DNA of 64,000 bases from Vicugna vicugna. Taxonomy: Eukaryota. The translations under genes were made by a program, and so were the position numbers. How positions within the stretch are numbered: position 1 is the stretch's first letter; every line of letters begins with the position of its first letter. The notes under the pieces are model-generated. The model saw only the letters and a list, made by a program, of their open reading frames with translations, made no database searches and was not told the DNA's origin. Below, in pieces: positions 11,309 through 23,153 of the stretch. The stretch is taken from contig MU057989.1 of the NCBI GenBank assembly GCA_013265495.1, positions 1,753,513-1,817,512 on the forward strand, given 5' to 3'.

Positions 11309-11768
11309 ATGGGAAGAAGAGCCCCAAGTGAACAGACTGAATCATCGAGTGTTTGGAAGGGGTGTATGTGTGAGGGCAGGAAGAGGGTTGGTCTGTGGCA
11401 GAGGCAGGAAAGACCTGTGAGTAAAGCATCATAGAATGTTTTCAGTCTGGAACTTTAGTTTTCAGCTCTCCTGAGTTACTTCTGCGAAAAGAGCCAGCCT
11501 TTTTCTCCTCCTATTCCGTGTATTCCATTACTCTCAGAGCTTTAGCCCAGGGAATCCACAGGGAGGTCTGCGTGGTGGGCTACGCTTCCAGGGCCTGGGG
11601 ACCCAGCGTGGGGCTTTGTTGTTGTGCTTTGCGCTCTGAGCTCCTGAGACATCCCAGGGAGAGTGGTGGGCTGAGGCAGTTTAAACAGAAGCATTTGATG
11701 GGACAAAATAAGCTGGTGGATACTTCTCTCCCTGCGCTAGATAATTACCCACAAGAGGTGAAAACAAC

Positions 11769-13637
11769 ACCGTTGACCCTTGAACAACATGGGGGTTCGT
11801 GGCATTGACCCCACCAATCACACACACCACGCAGGTGAAAATCACACATAACTTTGGTCTCCACAAAAAACTCAACTCCTAATAGCCTACTGTGGCCTGG
11901 AAGCCTTACTGACAATATAAGCAGTCAATTAACAAATATTTTGTATGTTATATGTATTATATACTCTATTTTTATCAAAAGTGAGCGAGAGAAGAAAATA
12001 AGATCATAAGGAAAAGAACATTTACAGTACTGTAGCGCATTTATTGATAGTGTAAGTTTACATTTATCTGTTTACAGGATGAATTGTCTGTCAGTACGTC
12101 AATATTGTCTCTTGTGATACAAACACTGTAGATGTTACATGTATTACTAACACTAGACATCAAAAATGAAAAGATGATGTGAAAGAATGCATATGTGTCT
12201 ACAGGTATCAGAATTCATGCATTATATATAAAATAGATAAACAAGTTTATGCTGTATAGCACAGGAAAATATATTCAATATCTTGTAGTAGCTCATGGTG
12301 ATAAATATGAAAATGAATATACGTATATTCATGTATGACTGAAGCAATGTGCTGTACACCAGAAATTGACACAGCATTGTAAACTGACTATATCTCAATA
12401 AAATTTAAATAAATAAATAAAATTTTTTTAAAAAGCAAAAAAAAAGAATTCACGCATTCATAACAAAGCAGCAGCAATATGATTCTTTATGGTGGCCTAG
12501 CGTCATTGATATGACTGCTTCATGGTACACTAATAAATGCATCATTATAAAATGTTTATGACATGTCATATTACAGTCATATTCATCATACACTATTGGA
12601 AACATTGTTACATTAAAAAAAATCACTTCTCTGTGATGATAGGCTGATAAGCAGTTTCTCCAATTACGAGACTTAAAGACTGTATGGTAATGTAATTCTT
12701 TGAAAGCAAAGTTATAAAACCGGATGGAAATCAACACATTACTTTTATATTAAGCATCACTCACCTTGCTCCTATGGACAGGCTCTATCCACTTCAAGTC
12801 CTGCACATGTTCCACATGATGAACACCTAAGGATGATGATGATAACTAAAATGTCTACCCAGTTATTGCCACAAAATTGATAGATTTTCACACGAGCACA
12901 CACACACACACACACACATTCACAACAGGTAAGTTTACTAACTGTACGGCATGATGATTACTTACTATTTACTAAGTGGAGATGGATCATCATAAAGGTC
13001 TTCATCCTCAGGTTTTCACACTGAGTCAGCTGAGGAGGCGTGGGTCTTGCTGTCTTGGGGGGCGGAGGTGGAGGATGTGGGGGTGGGGGCAAGAGAGGCT
13101 GGCACACCTGGTGTAACTTTATGAAAAACACATCGTCGTTTCTGTATGAGTTTTCTGCTTTTTTCATTTCTCTAAAAATGTTTGTATACCATAATCCTTC
13201 CACCGTTCATTTTAGTTTCAGTGCCCGTATCATTGAAGGAGCCATGTTGCAAAAGCCGTCAAAAGCAATCTTTGAAAACTCAGAATGCTTCTGTAGGATG
13301 GTCTGATGTCAATCTGTTTCCTGGCGCTGTTTCTTCTGCGATTTCCTCATCATCTGGCACTTGTCTCCATCAAGTCATCCTCTGTTAATCTGTCTGTTAG
13401 CCCTTGAATTGATGGTAGTAAATGACAAAATAAACTCACATCCACATATATTTTATGCCTTCATGGCGTATCTAGTTTTTTCCCGAACTTTCTGGGACAT
13501 TTTTAGGCTACTGCGTTTGTCTGTGCAGTTTCTCAAATTGTCAGAAATATTCAAAATATTTCCAATATATGTATTGACAAAAGTCCACGTATAAGTGGAC
13601 CCATGCAGTTCAAACCCTGCTGTTCAAGGGTCACTTA
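11769..13637 (-). mobile_element. Tigger2-type DNA transposon, internally deleted
   Basis: Terminal inverted repeats gttgacccttgaacaac and tgttcaagggtcac. ORF 12958-13203(-), NIFREMKK..TARPTPP, matches the Tigger2 transposase C-terminus. Confidence 0.85.
12224..12444 (+). mobile_element. 5'-truncated L1 3' end nested in Tigger2
   Basis: tgtgctgtacaccagaaattgacac..gtaaactgactata followed by an A-rich tail; TSD agaattcaYgcatt at 12210-12223 and 12445-12458. Confidence 0.85.
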
Positions 13638-13914
13638 TACTCCCTTTTGATTGTCGTGAGGCCCGTCAAACAGCTAAGAAATGCACAGATATCACCCAGA
13701 GTGGAACCCCAGTCGTCTGGCCCCACAGAGGAAAGGCGCACACCCCCTTTCTCCAAGGCCCATTCAGAATCACCTTGTGGAGAAGCACTCTGCAGAAGCA
13801 AAGGACGGCAGGAAACTGAGGGACAGAATCCAAGAGTCTCCAAACAAATGCATTCTGGAAGATTCCTGCATCCCCGCAAGGAAAGCAAAGAAAACGTTTA
13901 AGTCACTTCTCTGC

Positions 13915-14640
13915 ACTGGGCTCGGGCAGCTGGCGCTGTGGTCCCGAGGCCGGCGGAGCCTGGACGTGAGCTCGGCTCGGCTCGGGTCCCGACGGGTCTC
14001 CACACCTCCCCAGGCCGGGCCTGTGAGCTCGCCCGCACCACGCGGGGTCTCGAGCCTCTGAGGGCCCCGGGCCCCGAGCTCCCTCCCTCCCGACGGCGTC
14101 GGAGAACTGACGGGGGTCCTGAGCTTCCGGCCTGCGGGGTCGGAAAGACCCCTGCCGGGGGCTTAACGCGCCTGGCGCGGCAGCAGCTCCACAACCGCCC
14201 CCGCTCCTCCGGCGGTAAGCGCCTCCCGGCCCTCGGACTCCAGGGAGCGGACCCCGGCCTGGTCGCCCCGCCCCTCCTCTGCATCGGAGCCCCGCCCCCA
14301 CGTGACGCCCCCCTTTCACCCTCCTCCTCCCCCTCTTCGTCACGCCACCCCGTCCCCACCTGCCGCCCCTGGCGCTCCCCGCTCGCCCACCGTCCCCCGT
14401 TTCCCTCTCAGTCCTTCTCGCTCCACCGGGCCCCTCAGCCTTTCCCCTAAGGCCACCGTTCTTTCCCTCAATCCGCCGCCCTCCCCGCCCAACATCGGCT
14501 TTTTCCGTCCATTCTCAGCCCTGTTGTCGGCCATTTCCGTCAAGACTCGGCTCCCTTCGTCACTACAGTGCCCTACGTAGGCCACCCTGGGGCCCTCTCA
14601 GCCCTCTCCGCCAACTCTCGGTTCTTTCCGTTGCACCCGG
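13915..14640. promoter_or_regulatory. CpG island / putative promoter with no recognisable coding exon
   Basis: Dense intact CpGs, GC boxes (ccccgcccc near 14265 and 14290) and a CACGTGAC E-box near 14298. Confidence 0.7.
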
Positions 14641-14780
14641 CTCTTAGCCTGGACCAAGGAATTCTTTCTGCACGTTAAAATCTTGGGATCCACGCATATA
14701 TAATCTGTGATTATTCCTCTGTCTTTATTGAAATCACATCTTCTGGAAGAGATCTGATCCCCTGGAAGCTCTAGCACATT

Positions 14781-15648
14781 CTAGGGGTTAAGGGTCAAGG
14801 GTAAAGGTCAACATCTGGGTCAGGGTCAAGGGTCACAGGATCAGAGTTAGAGGGTTAGGGGTTAGAATTAAGAGTGTCAAGGTCAGGGTCAGGGTCAAGG
14901 GTCACAGTCATGATCTGGGGTATAGCGTTAGGGTTAGAGGTCAGGGTCAAAGGTTGTCAGGGATTAGGGATCAGAGTGTGAATGAATTATACAGCCAGCC
15001 ATATCAGTAAACAAAGGATACTGTGGCCATCAAGTCATCCGACGCTACCACCACCCCTGACAGTGAGCAGAGAGATCTTAGGATGGAAACAAGCAGGCAG
15101 CCTGGCCTCTGCAGCCACCCAAGTAGTGCCCCCGAGGGAACTCTGGATGGGAAAGAACAGGACACTGGCCCTAGACAGCTAGGTGCGTATCCAAAGAATG
15201 ATTTCAATAAGCCCAGATGTTTGCACCTTTCTGTAAATAAAAAAGTGCTAAATTCCTTAACTTGAGATATCTGCCTTTGTTTTTGTTTTTAGTTAACAGT
15301 AATCTTTTGATGTTCTGACTACCTGGTCTTTGTGGCAAAACTCCTATATATCCGGGCTCCTCCCCTGCCTCTTTGGAGCAGTCCCTCAGAGCAATCTGAG
15401 AGGCTGCCTCTTAGGTTCTGGTCCTCAGAATAAATAAAGTCTGCAGAATAAAATAACTCTCAACTTTTAGGTTATGCATTTTTAAGTCGACAAGAGTCAC
15501 ATCAGGGTTAGAGGGTTAAAGGGTCATACTCGCAGTCAGGGTAATGGGTCAGGATTGGTGTGGGGGTCAGGGGTTAGGGCGAGGGCAAGGATGAAGGCAA
15601 GACGCATTAGGGCTTCAGAGTTAAGTATTAGGCCTTAGGGTCAGGGTA
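14781..15648 (+). repeat. Degenerate telomere-like (TTAGGG/TCAGGG/TCAAGGG)n array split by a solo LTR
   Basis: gggttaggggttag, gggtcagggtcaaggg, gttagggttagagggtcaggg and ccttagggtcagggt occur on both sides of the LTR. Confidence 0.7.
14977..15492 (+). mobile_element. Complete ERV1 solo LTR (MER41-like)
   Basis: TG...CA ends, 4-bp TSD agag (14973-14976 and 15493-15496), TATA-like cctatatat near 15345, and AATAAA. Confidence 0.85.
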
Positions 15649-18600
15649 GATTTAAACATAACTGGCCCTCTTCCCCCCTCTTCCCTCTTCATCTCTGAGG
15701 CCTCCAGGATGGACAGGAGGCTCCCAGGGTTACATGTGAGTGTGGGGTTGAGTTGGATCATTAGATTTTTGGCCTCTAGTCCTGGACTCTGATAGAAGAT
15801 GAATGAAGTGTCCACCCTGGTCTCTGACTGTTTAAAGTCCAACTCAACCTCAGCCAAGGGTTGTTATGGCCTCAGAGGTCAGAGTTTCCCTCTGTCATCC
15901 CCCCTGGGAAAAGTGGAGTTGGTTCTATGCTCTCTGGGCAGCCCCTGGTCCAGCATAGCCCTGACACACACAGGCACTCAGTAGACACGTGTGAATTTGT
16001 ACAGGACTGGGTGCAGCCACTTGCCAGTCCCCAGGTTGCCTTTTTGAAGGCTTCCTGAAGGTCCTTCCTGGCACTGGCTGCATCCTTTGTCCCATCCAAG
16101 TAGGCAGCAGTTAACAGTCAGGCCTTTGACAGGATATCGCTAGACCCCTGACCACTCAGGCATCTGTGTTCCTCCAGCTCAGGTCAGTGTGGACCCTGTT
16201 AAGCCCCCCTGACCAATTACTGAGATGACTGTGCTGCTGGGCAACTGAACAGCCACCTGGGCAGTGTAGCATCCCCTTGGGACGCTTCAATTCTCTATAT
16301 CCATGTGGTTGTCAAAAGGGCCTCCCCCTCAGAGCCTCTTAGCCTGCCAAGAGAGGTAATTACCCTCCATGTGGTTACAACCACCACACGCAGACTGTGG
16401 CCCTGCAATTCTTTGGCCTTCTAGTTGTTACAAACTTGACATTTACACTCGTTAAGAATCAAAGCTATGGGAGCAAATGGGCCTTACAATGGGTGGTTTT
16501 ACCCCAAGGCCACAGGGTCCCAGGGAGCCACGTACGTCCAGGGCCCAGTCCCTGTGGCCTCTGGGAAGCCATCTAACTGTGGATTCCATGTTATGGAATA
16601 ATCCTTGAGCCTCCCGCTGCTTCATCGAGTAAGAGTTTCCTTACCACCCCAGCTATTTTCTCTGCAGTCCCCTGCAGCCTACAGATCTTCACCCATTCAT
16701 CAGAACATGCAGTGTTTCTAGACACTTTCAGCAGAAGCACCCCGGGCCTGTGTAAGCAGAGGAACAGATTGGGTTCAGAAGCTGGAGCTCCCCGAGATCT
16801 TGACACTTGGAGGGGACCAGAGATGGCATCCCTGATAAGACATGTCCCTACTCCTTCCAGCCTCCTTGACCCCACGCAGGTCCACTTCTCAGAGGTCTTC
16901 ATGGAAGGGCCCCCTTGTAGGGGCCTTTGATGTGTCAGATGGCCAGAATGTCACCCAGAGACGTGCTGAGTGAAGGGTCCCCCATCATGTCCCCAGCCCC
17001 AAACCATGAGATGCATGTGGGTCTCAGGAATGCCCTCCTCCAGGAATGAGGCCCTTTGTGTTCCAAAATGGCCCAACCGTGAGGGAGGGGCTTGGTGGGC
17101 GCTGTTGTCCATCAGTTCCTGGCTCTTCCATCCCTGTTTCTCCCGACAGGGGCCCTTGTAGGAAAAGCTTCTCAGGTTCTACTCTGAGGGAGGATTGCAG
17201 TCTTAGATGTCCCCAGGGAGCCTGGGCCCAGGGGACACTCAGGGAGTAGGGGGATCCATGGCGAGCAGGGGAAACAAGCTCCATCCAAAAGGGCTCCCAC
17301 CCAGCCCCGGAAGGGCTTGGTCCCGGGGGAATGTCACCCAAGAGACCAGAACTCCTCACTTCATATCAAAACAAACAAACAAACAAAGCCAGAAGCCTGG
17401 GTTTTTGTCCGAAATCTTCCAGTTTTTTAATGTTAGAATTAATTTAAAAAATCTAGATTTGCCCCTGGGACCTAGTTCAAGGCCCTTGGTTTAAGACCAA
17501 GGATGAGCTGGGTGGCCACCCCGAGGCAGGGTCCAAGCTGGATGCTCTGTCACTGCACAGCCCTGGTGCCCATGTCCCTACATGGTGCCTCCTCATGGAT
17601 GAACAGGGGACGACTTCATTCCCCAGGAACCAGCCCTCATACGTGGTCAGGCTATGGAGGGGTCAGGGCTCTTCCGGGGCTACCCTTTCCTTCAACGGAT
17701 CCGTGGCAGCTGGAGCTTCAAGGCCCCACCCACATGTTCCCGCGCACCCCTCCCCCGCCCCGCCCCAGCATTGAGTCAGCCCTCTATCCACCAGCCTAGG
17801 TTTGCTCTGCATGCTGAAGGCCTGGAATTACCTCCTCCAGGGAAGCATCCCTGTGAAGGAGAGCAAGTGTGCCTTCCCTGGAGCTATAAACCTGTACTGA
17901 GCTCCTGCTGTGTGCTTGGTCTTAGGTTGGGAGCTTGAGGGACTATGGCAAGCCTGGGCATCTGACCGCTAGAGACCAATTCAATCAGATGAGAAGGCAG
18001 TGATGTCAAGGGCTTCAAGGAGAAGGGAGGACACATCTGATGGGGGAGGAGGGCCAGTGACTGGGGCGGCCTCTTGAAACAGCACCACGATGTGATCTAG
18101 TGGGGACAGCGGACAGGTGTGCTTGGTTGAACAGAATGCACAATGGCTCAGAAGATGCGGGGAGTAGGGGGGACGTGACCTGTCCCTGTGACAGGCCTCT
18201 TTCCCTGCTTCCTCGGTAATGATGGGCCTGGTGATGAGAAGAGCTCTTAGTAAGCCCTCCTGGGGCCCTGTTACTAGTTCTCTATTACAGACAGGACACT
18301 GAGACACAGAGAGGGAGCAGGGAACCTGCTATAACTCTGGCCCTATGGCCCGTGTCCTTTACAACCAGCTCTATGCTGCCAGCAGGGGTGCAGGCCTGGA
18401 ATGGACGTTGAAATTAGCCTGACCCCCAGGGCCCCATCAGATGCAGAGTCACTCTCAGGAAACACCCCTCAACACCTACTTGCATACCCCCAGGGACAGG
18501 GACCTCATTGCTATTCCTGGAAACTAGCTGGGCCTCCCTGTGGATTGGCCTGGGACAGCCCAGGAGAGGCTTGGAGTGGCCACAGGCTCCCTGAGGCTCC

Positions 18601-21035
18601 CTATCCCCAGCTGAGCAGCTCTGGTCCCCCTGATGGTCCCTGGCAGGGGCCTGATGACAGGAGGTGTCAGCCATGCAACCAGATGTGCTGTGGAGATGAG
18701 GAAACAGTGCGCATGATGCACAAACATGTGGATGTTCAGGTATTCACTCAACAAACATTGACTCAGGCCTTGCAGTGTGGCCAGCCTGGCCCTGGGCCTG
18801 GGTGTCCAGCAGTGAATACAATGCAGCCCCTTGAGCCTCCTGGGAAAGCAGTGCTCAGAGAAATGGGCCCCCAGCACCCCCTACCTAGCTCCCCACAAAC
18901 AAACACTAGGATGAGGCTGCGGCCTGGGTCCCAGTGGAGGGTGAAGGGAGGGAGAGGACACCCAGAGCAGGCACTGACCACAAGCCCGGACACTGGAGCC
19001 CGACGTCCTGGGCTCACCTCTCAGAGCCTCAGTTTTGTCACCTGCAGAAAGGGGTGGTAACACTGGCACCTGCCACACAGATTTCCACGAGAAGCCAGTG
19101 ACCTCCTACTTCTAACCACACAGGACAGCGTCTGGCCACGGATCAGGCTGCTGCTCACCTCACAAGAGTCTAACTCCACTTTAAAGATGAGAAAACCAAG
19201 GCGGAGAGGGGTTATCAGACCAGATCCAGCTCCCTCCTCATGCTCTGCTGATGTCCCCTTTCTGCCCAGCTCTCCTGCGTTCACCTCGTCTCTCTGTCCC
19301 TTGTAACCACCCAGGAAAATAGGTGCTAAGAACCTCCAAGCAAATTAATGCATAAATGGAGACAAATCCTCTCCCCACCTTGGGCTCTCAGGGCCATGGG
19401 CTGGACAGGGATATCGGGCTCCCCTAAACTGTCCAGGAGGCACGGCATGTCCATCACCTCATTTCCACCCAACATGGAGAAGGTGTGGGGCCAAGAACCA
19501 GAGGGTGCAGGAAAAACCCTGGGGTCAGGGTGTCGGGTGGGCAGGGGGGAGGCACAGAGAGGCCTCTGGAAGATAGTGATCAGTCAACAGAGGTGTGGGG
19601 AATGAGGATGCCCGGGAGGGGCAGAGGGCCGAGTCCACCCCATGCTGGACCCTGAGTTGGGGTGAGAATTGGGACAAGCCTGGCCCCGCCGAGGTATACC
19701 CCTCATCCAGAAAAGGGGAGAGGAGAAGACAAGGAGACCAGTACAGATGGCCCCACGAGGGCCAATATCCGGGCCTCCTGGGGCGATGCTGAGACATGGG
19801 ATCACGCGGCTCCTGGGAAAGGAGAGAGTGTTGTCTGGGTGTCAGGTCTGCATCAGACCCCAGTGCTGCCCCTACCAGTTGTGCGACCCCAAAACATTCC
19901 CCGACCTCTCTGTGCCAGGCTTTTGAACCCTGATTCAGAGGACTGCTGTGCTTGGCACACAGTAGGCCCTCAACCAGAGGAAAAAGCCAGTCTTCCCAGA
20001 AGAACCTCTCCTCTTACTCCTCTTATGTGTCCCCAAGCAAACCCCATGTGCCACACGTCACCAGAGCTGATCCTTGACAAGCAGGGCAAGTGCAATCCAG
20101 CCGGTCCTCCCTCCTGCCTGAGGCCTTTCCCTCCTCGGTGACAGTGGCTTGGTGCAGGTCTCAGCATCCCAGAAGTCTGAACTGAAATTTTGTGACCTGC
20201 GGGATTCCCTGTTTCACACAACCTGGTCTCCAGGTCCTTTCAACAAGGCATAAGAGCACCTGCTCAGTGTTTAGCTGCAAATCCTCCATTTACAAATTGC
20301 ACCATCACTTCCCAGCTGGGAGAGATGAATTCCAGAGCACGTGACCATCCGACTGATGACTTCAGGGGAATCATGCCCGCCTACTACTCCACTCCTCAGA
20401 GCCCGCTCCTAGAAGAGGGGTTAGTGATCCACGGCCATGCACAGTTTTATCGGAACACAGCCGCACCCACTATTGGAAACATGTGTGAGAACGAGAGGAT
20501 CCTGAGCACCTGGATCCCTGGCACCCACAAAGCAGAGGTCAGGACAAAAAACAGAAGGGGAGAAAGCACTTTCAGGTCATACGTCTGATAAGGGGTTAAC
20601 ACCCAAAACATATAAAGAACTCCTACAACTCAACAGCTAAAAAAAAAAAGAAAAAAGAAAAGAAAAGAAAAAGAAAAAAGAAAAGCAATCTGCGTTAAAA
20701 AATGGGCAGAGGAACTGAATAGACATTTTTCCAAAGAAGACACACAGATGGTCAATAGGCACATAAAAAGATGCTCAACATCACTCATCACCAGGGAAAT
20801 GCAAATGAAAACCGCAGTGAGATGTCACCTCACACCTGTCAGGATGGCTGTCATCAAAATACAAGAGATGATAAGTGGCGAGGGTGTGGAGAAAAGGGAA
20901 ACTCGTACACTGTTGGCAGGAATGTGAACTGGTGCTGCCACTGTGGACAACAGTACGGAGGGTCCTCCAAAAATTAAAAATAGAGCTATAGTATGACCCA
21001 GCAATTCCACTCCTGGGAAAATACCTAGAGGAAAC

Positions 21036-21116
21036 GGAGGAGGGAGGGCATAGCTCAGTGGTAGAGTGCATACCTAGCATGCATGAGGTCCTGGGTTCAA
21101 TCCCCAGCACCACTAT

Positions 21117-21160
<44 letters not shown>

Positions 21161-21340
21161 GCAAACCTAATTACTTCCCCCCAACAAAACAATTTAAAAA
21201 GGTGGGGAAGCACATAGCTCAAGTGGTAGAGCTCATGCTTAGCATACACAAGATCCTGGGTTCAATCCCCAGAATCTCCTCTAAAAATAAATAAATAAAT
21301 AAACCTAACTACCTCCCTACTCCCCCCCCCAAAATTAAAG
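21036..21340 (+). mobile_element. Two tandem vic-1-type SINEs with (TAAA)n
   Basis: Two atagctca(a)gtggtagag..tcctgggttcaatcccc heads. Confidence 0.85.
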
Positions 21341-21416
21341 ATACGTTTTTTTAAAAAGGAAATGAAATCTCTATGTCAAAGACAACTGCACTCCCATGTT
21401 CATTGCCGAATTATTT

Positions 21417-22041
21417 TTTTTCAGTTTTCAGTTTTATTAGGTAGAATTGTTACAATCTGACTGCACATATACAATGTGTTGCATGTAAATACATATACAC
21501 AATATACTGCACATATTTTTAAATTTACATATATGTACTGTTTATTGCTTCTAAGAATGTTTAGAGCTTCAGCTTTTTTTTAACATTTTTTATTGATTTA
21601 GAGCTTTAGCTTTTTAAAATTACATAGTTATCAAAGGAATAAAGCCCAACACAAAATAAGAATTAATTAAAAAAATACATACACCCCGCTATTAACAGCA
21701 ACATTATTTATAATTGCCAAGATATGGAAGCATCCTAAGTGCACATCCATAGGTGAATGGATAAAGAAGATGCAGCATATATATGTAATGGAATACAACT
21801 CACCCATAAAAAAGAAGGATATTTTGCCATTTGCGGCTCTTCATTCACTTTTTTTTTTTACTTCAAAAACCAGAATTTTATAACTGGCATAAACATTTCC
21901 ACTGCATCACAGACAACAAAATACCTAGAAATAAACTTAACCAAGGAGGTTACCTATACTCTGAAAACTGTAAAACCCTGATGAAGGAAATTGAAGATGA
22001 CACAAAGAAATGGAAAGATATTTCGTGCCCTTGGGTTGGAA
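21417..22041 (-). mobile_element. 5'-truncated copy of the HAL1-like family
   Basis: Poly(T) at the left end; reverse complement matches about 25170-25677; approximate TSD cattgccgaattattt / cactgcagcattattt. Confidence 0.8.
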
Positions 22042-23153
22042 CACTGCAGCATTATTTACAATAACCAAGATATGGAAACAACGTATGTGTCCATCAACAT
22101 GATGGAATAAAGAAAATGTGGTATATACGTGTTTAAAATGAAATATTATTCAGCCACAAAAAAGGAAACCTTGCCATTTGTGCCAACATGGATGGACCTT
22201 GAGGGTATTATGTTAGGTGAAATAAGACAAACAGACAAAGGGAAATACCCACGATCTCACTTATATGTGGAATGTAAAAACTAAACCAAACTCACAGAAA
22301 CAGAGACCAAGTTGGTGGTTGCCAGGGGTGGGGTATTGAGGGGAATGGGTGAAATGGGTGAAGACGTCAAAAGGTACAAACTTCCGACTGTAAGATAAAC
22401 AAGTCCTGGGGGTGTAATGTACAGCAAGGTGACTGTAGCCAACACTGTATCGTGTGTTTGAAAGTTGCTTAGAGTAGATCTTAAACATTCACATCACAAG
22501 AAAAATAATCTGTAACTATGGGTGGTGACGGATGTTAACTAAACTTACTGTGGTGATCATTTCACAGTATGTACACATATCCAGCCATTATGCTGGACAC
22601 CTAAAACTAACAGTGTTATGTGACAATTGCATCTCAATAATATATATCTCAGCAGGGTTGGTTTCTTCTAAGCCCTCTCTCCTTGGCCTATGGTTGGCCA
22701 TCTTCTCTCCATGTCTTCAAGTGACCTTTCCTCTGTGCACGTCTGTGTTCCAATCTCCTCTTCTTAAAAGGACACCAGTCACAGGATTAGGGAATGGTCT
22801 CATGACTTTATTTTAACTTAATCATCAGTTTAAAGACGATCTCCAAGAATAGTTACATTCTGACTTCAACAGATGAATTTTGGGGGACATAATTCTGTCC
22901 ATAACACAAGCTATAACTGTTTTACTTACTTTAGCTGAATTTCCACTGTCTTATGTTTTCCTCCCATCTTCTTGTTGCCCATAAGTGTCTCTTTTACAGG
23001 AGCAGATCAGTGATTCCCATTATAGTGGCTTATAACAATCCCATTCACTTGGAACTAAGATCACGGAACTGGAGCAGTGCTTTCCAGGATTGTGAAAAAG
23101 TCTTGGAGTCAGAATCGAGAAATGTAAAAGGTGAAAAACATCCACAGAATCCC

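Larger units (their letters stand above)
20560..22640 (+). mobile_element. L1 (L1MA-like) ORF2 end and 3'UTR with nested insertions
   Basis: aatgggcagaggaactgaatagacatttttccaaagaagac, tatgacccagcaattccactcctggg and catggatggaccttgagggtattatg. Confidence 0.85.

Noticed and set aside
13898..14585. Long overlapping ORFs in the CpG island, or a CD109 first exon
   Set aside because: G/P/R-rich products of GC bias on both strands; no signal peptide or CD109-like sequence.
18401..19060. 219-aa ORF
   Set aside because: No recognisable domain; appears to run through MIR/L2-like remnants in GC-rich DNA.
21036..21340. tRNA genes, here and at other SINE heads
   Set aside because: A/B-box heads are followed by AT-rich SINE bodies, tails and TSDs.
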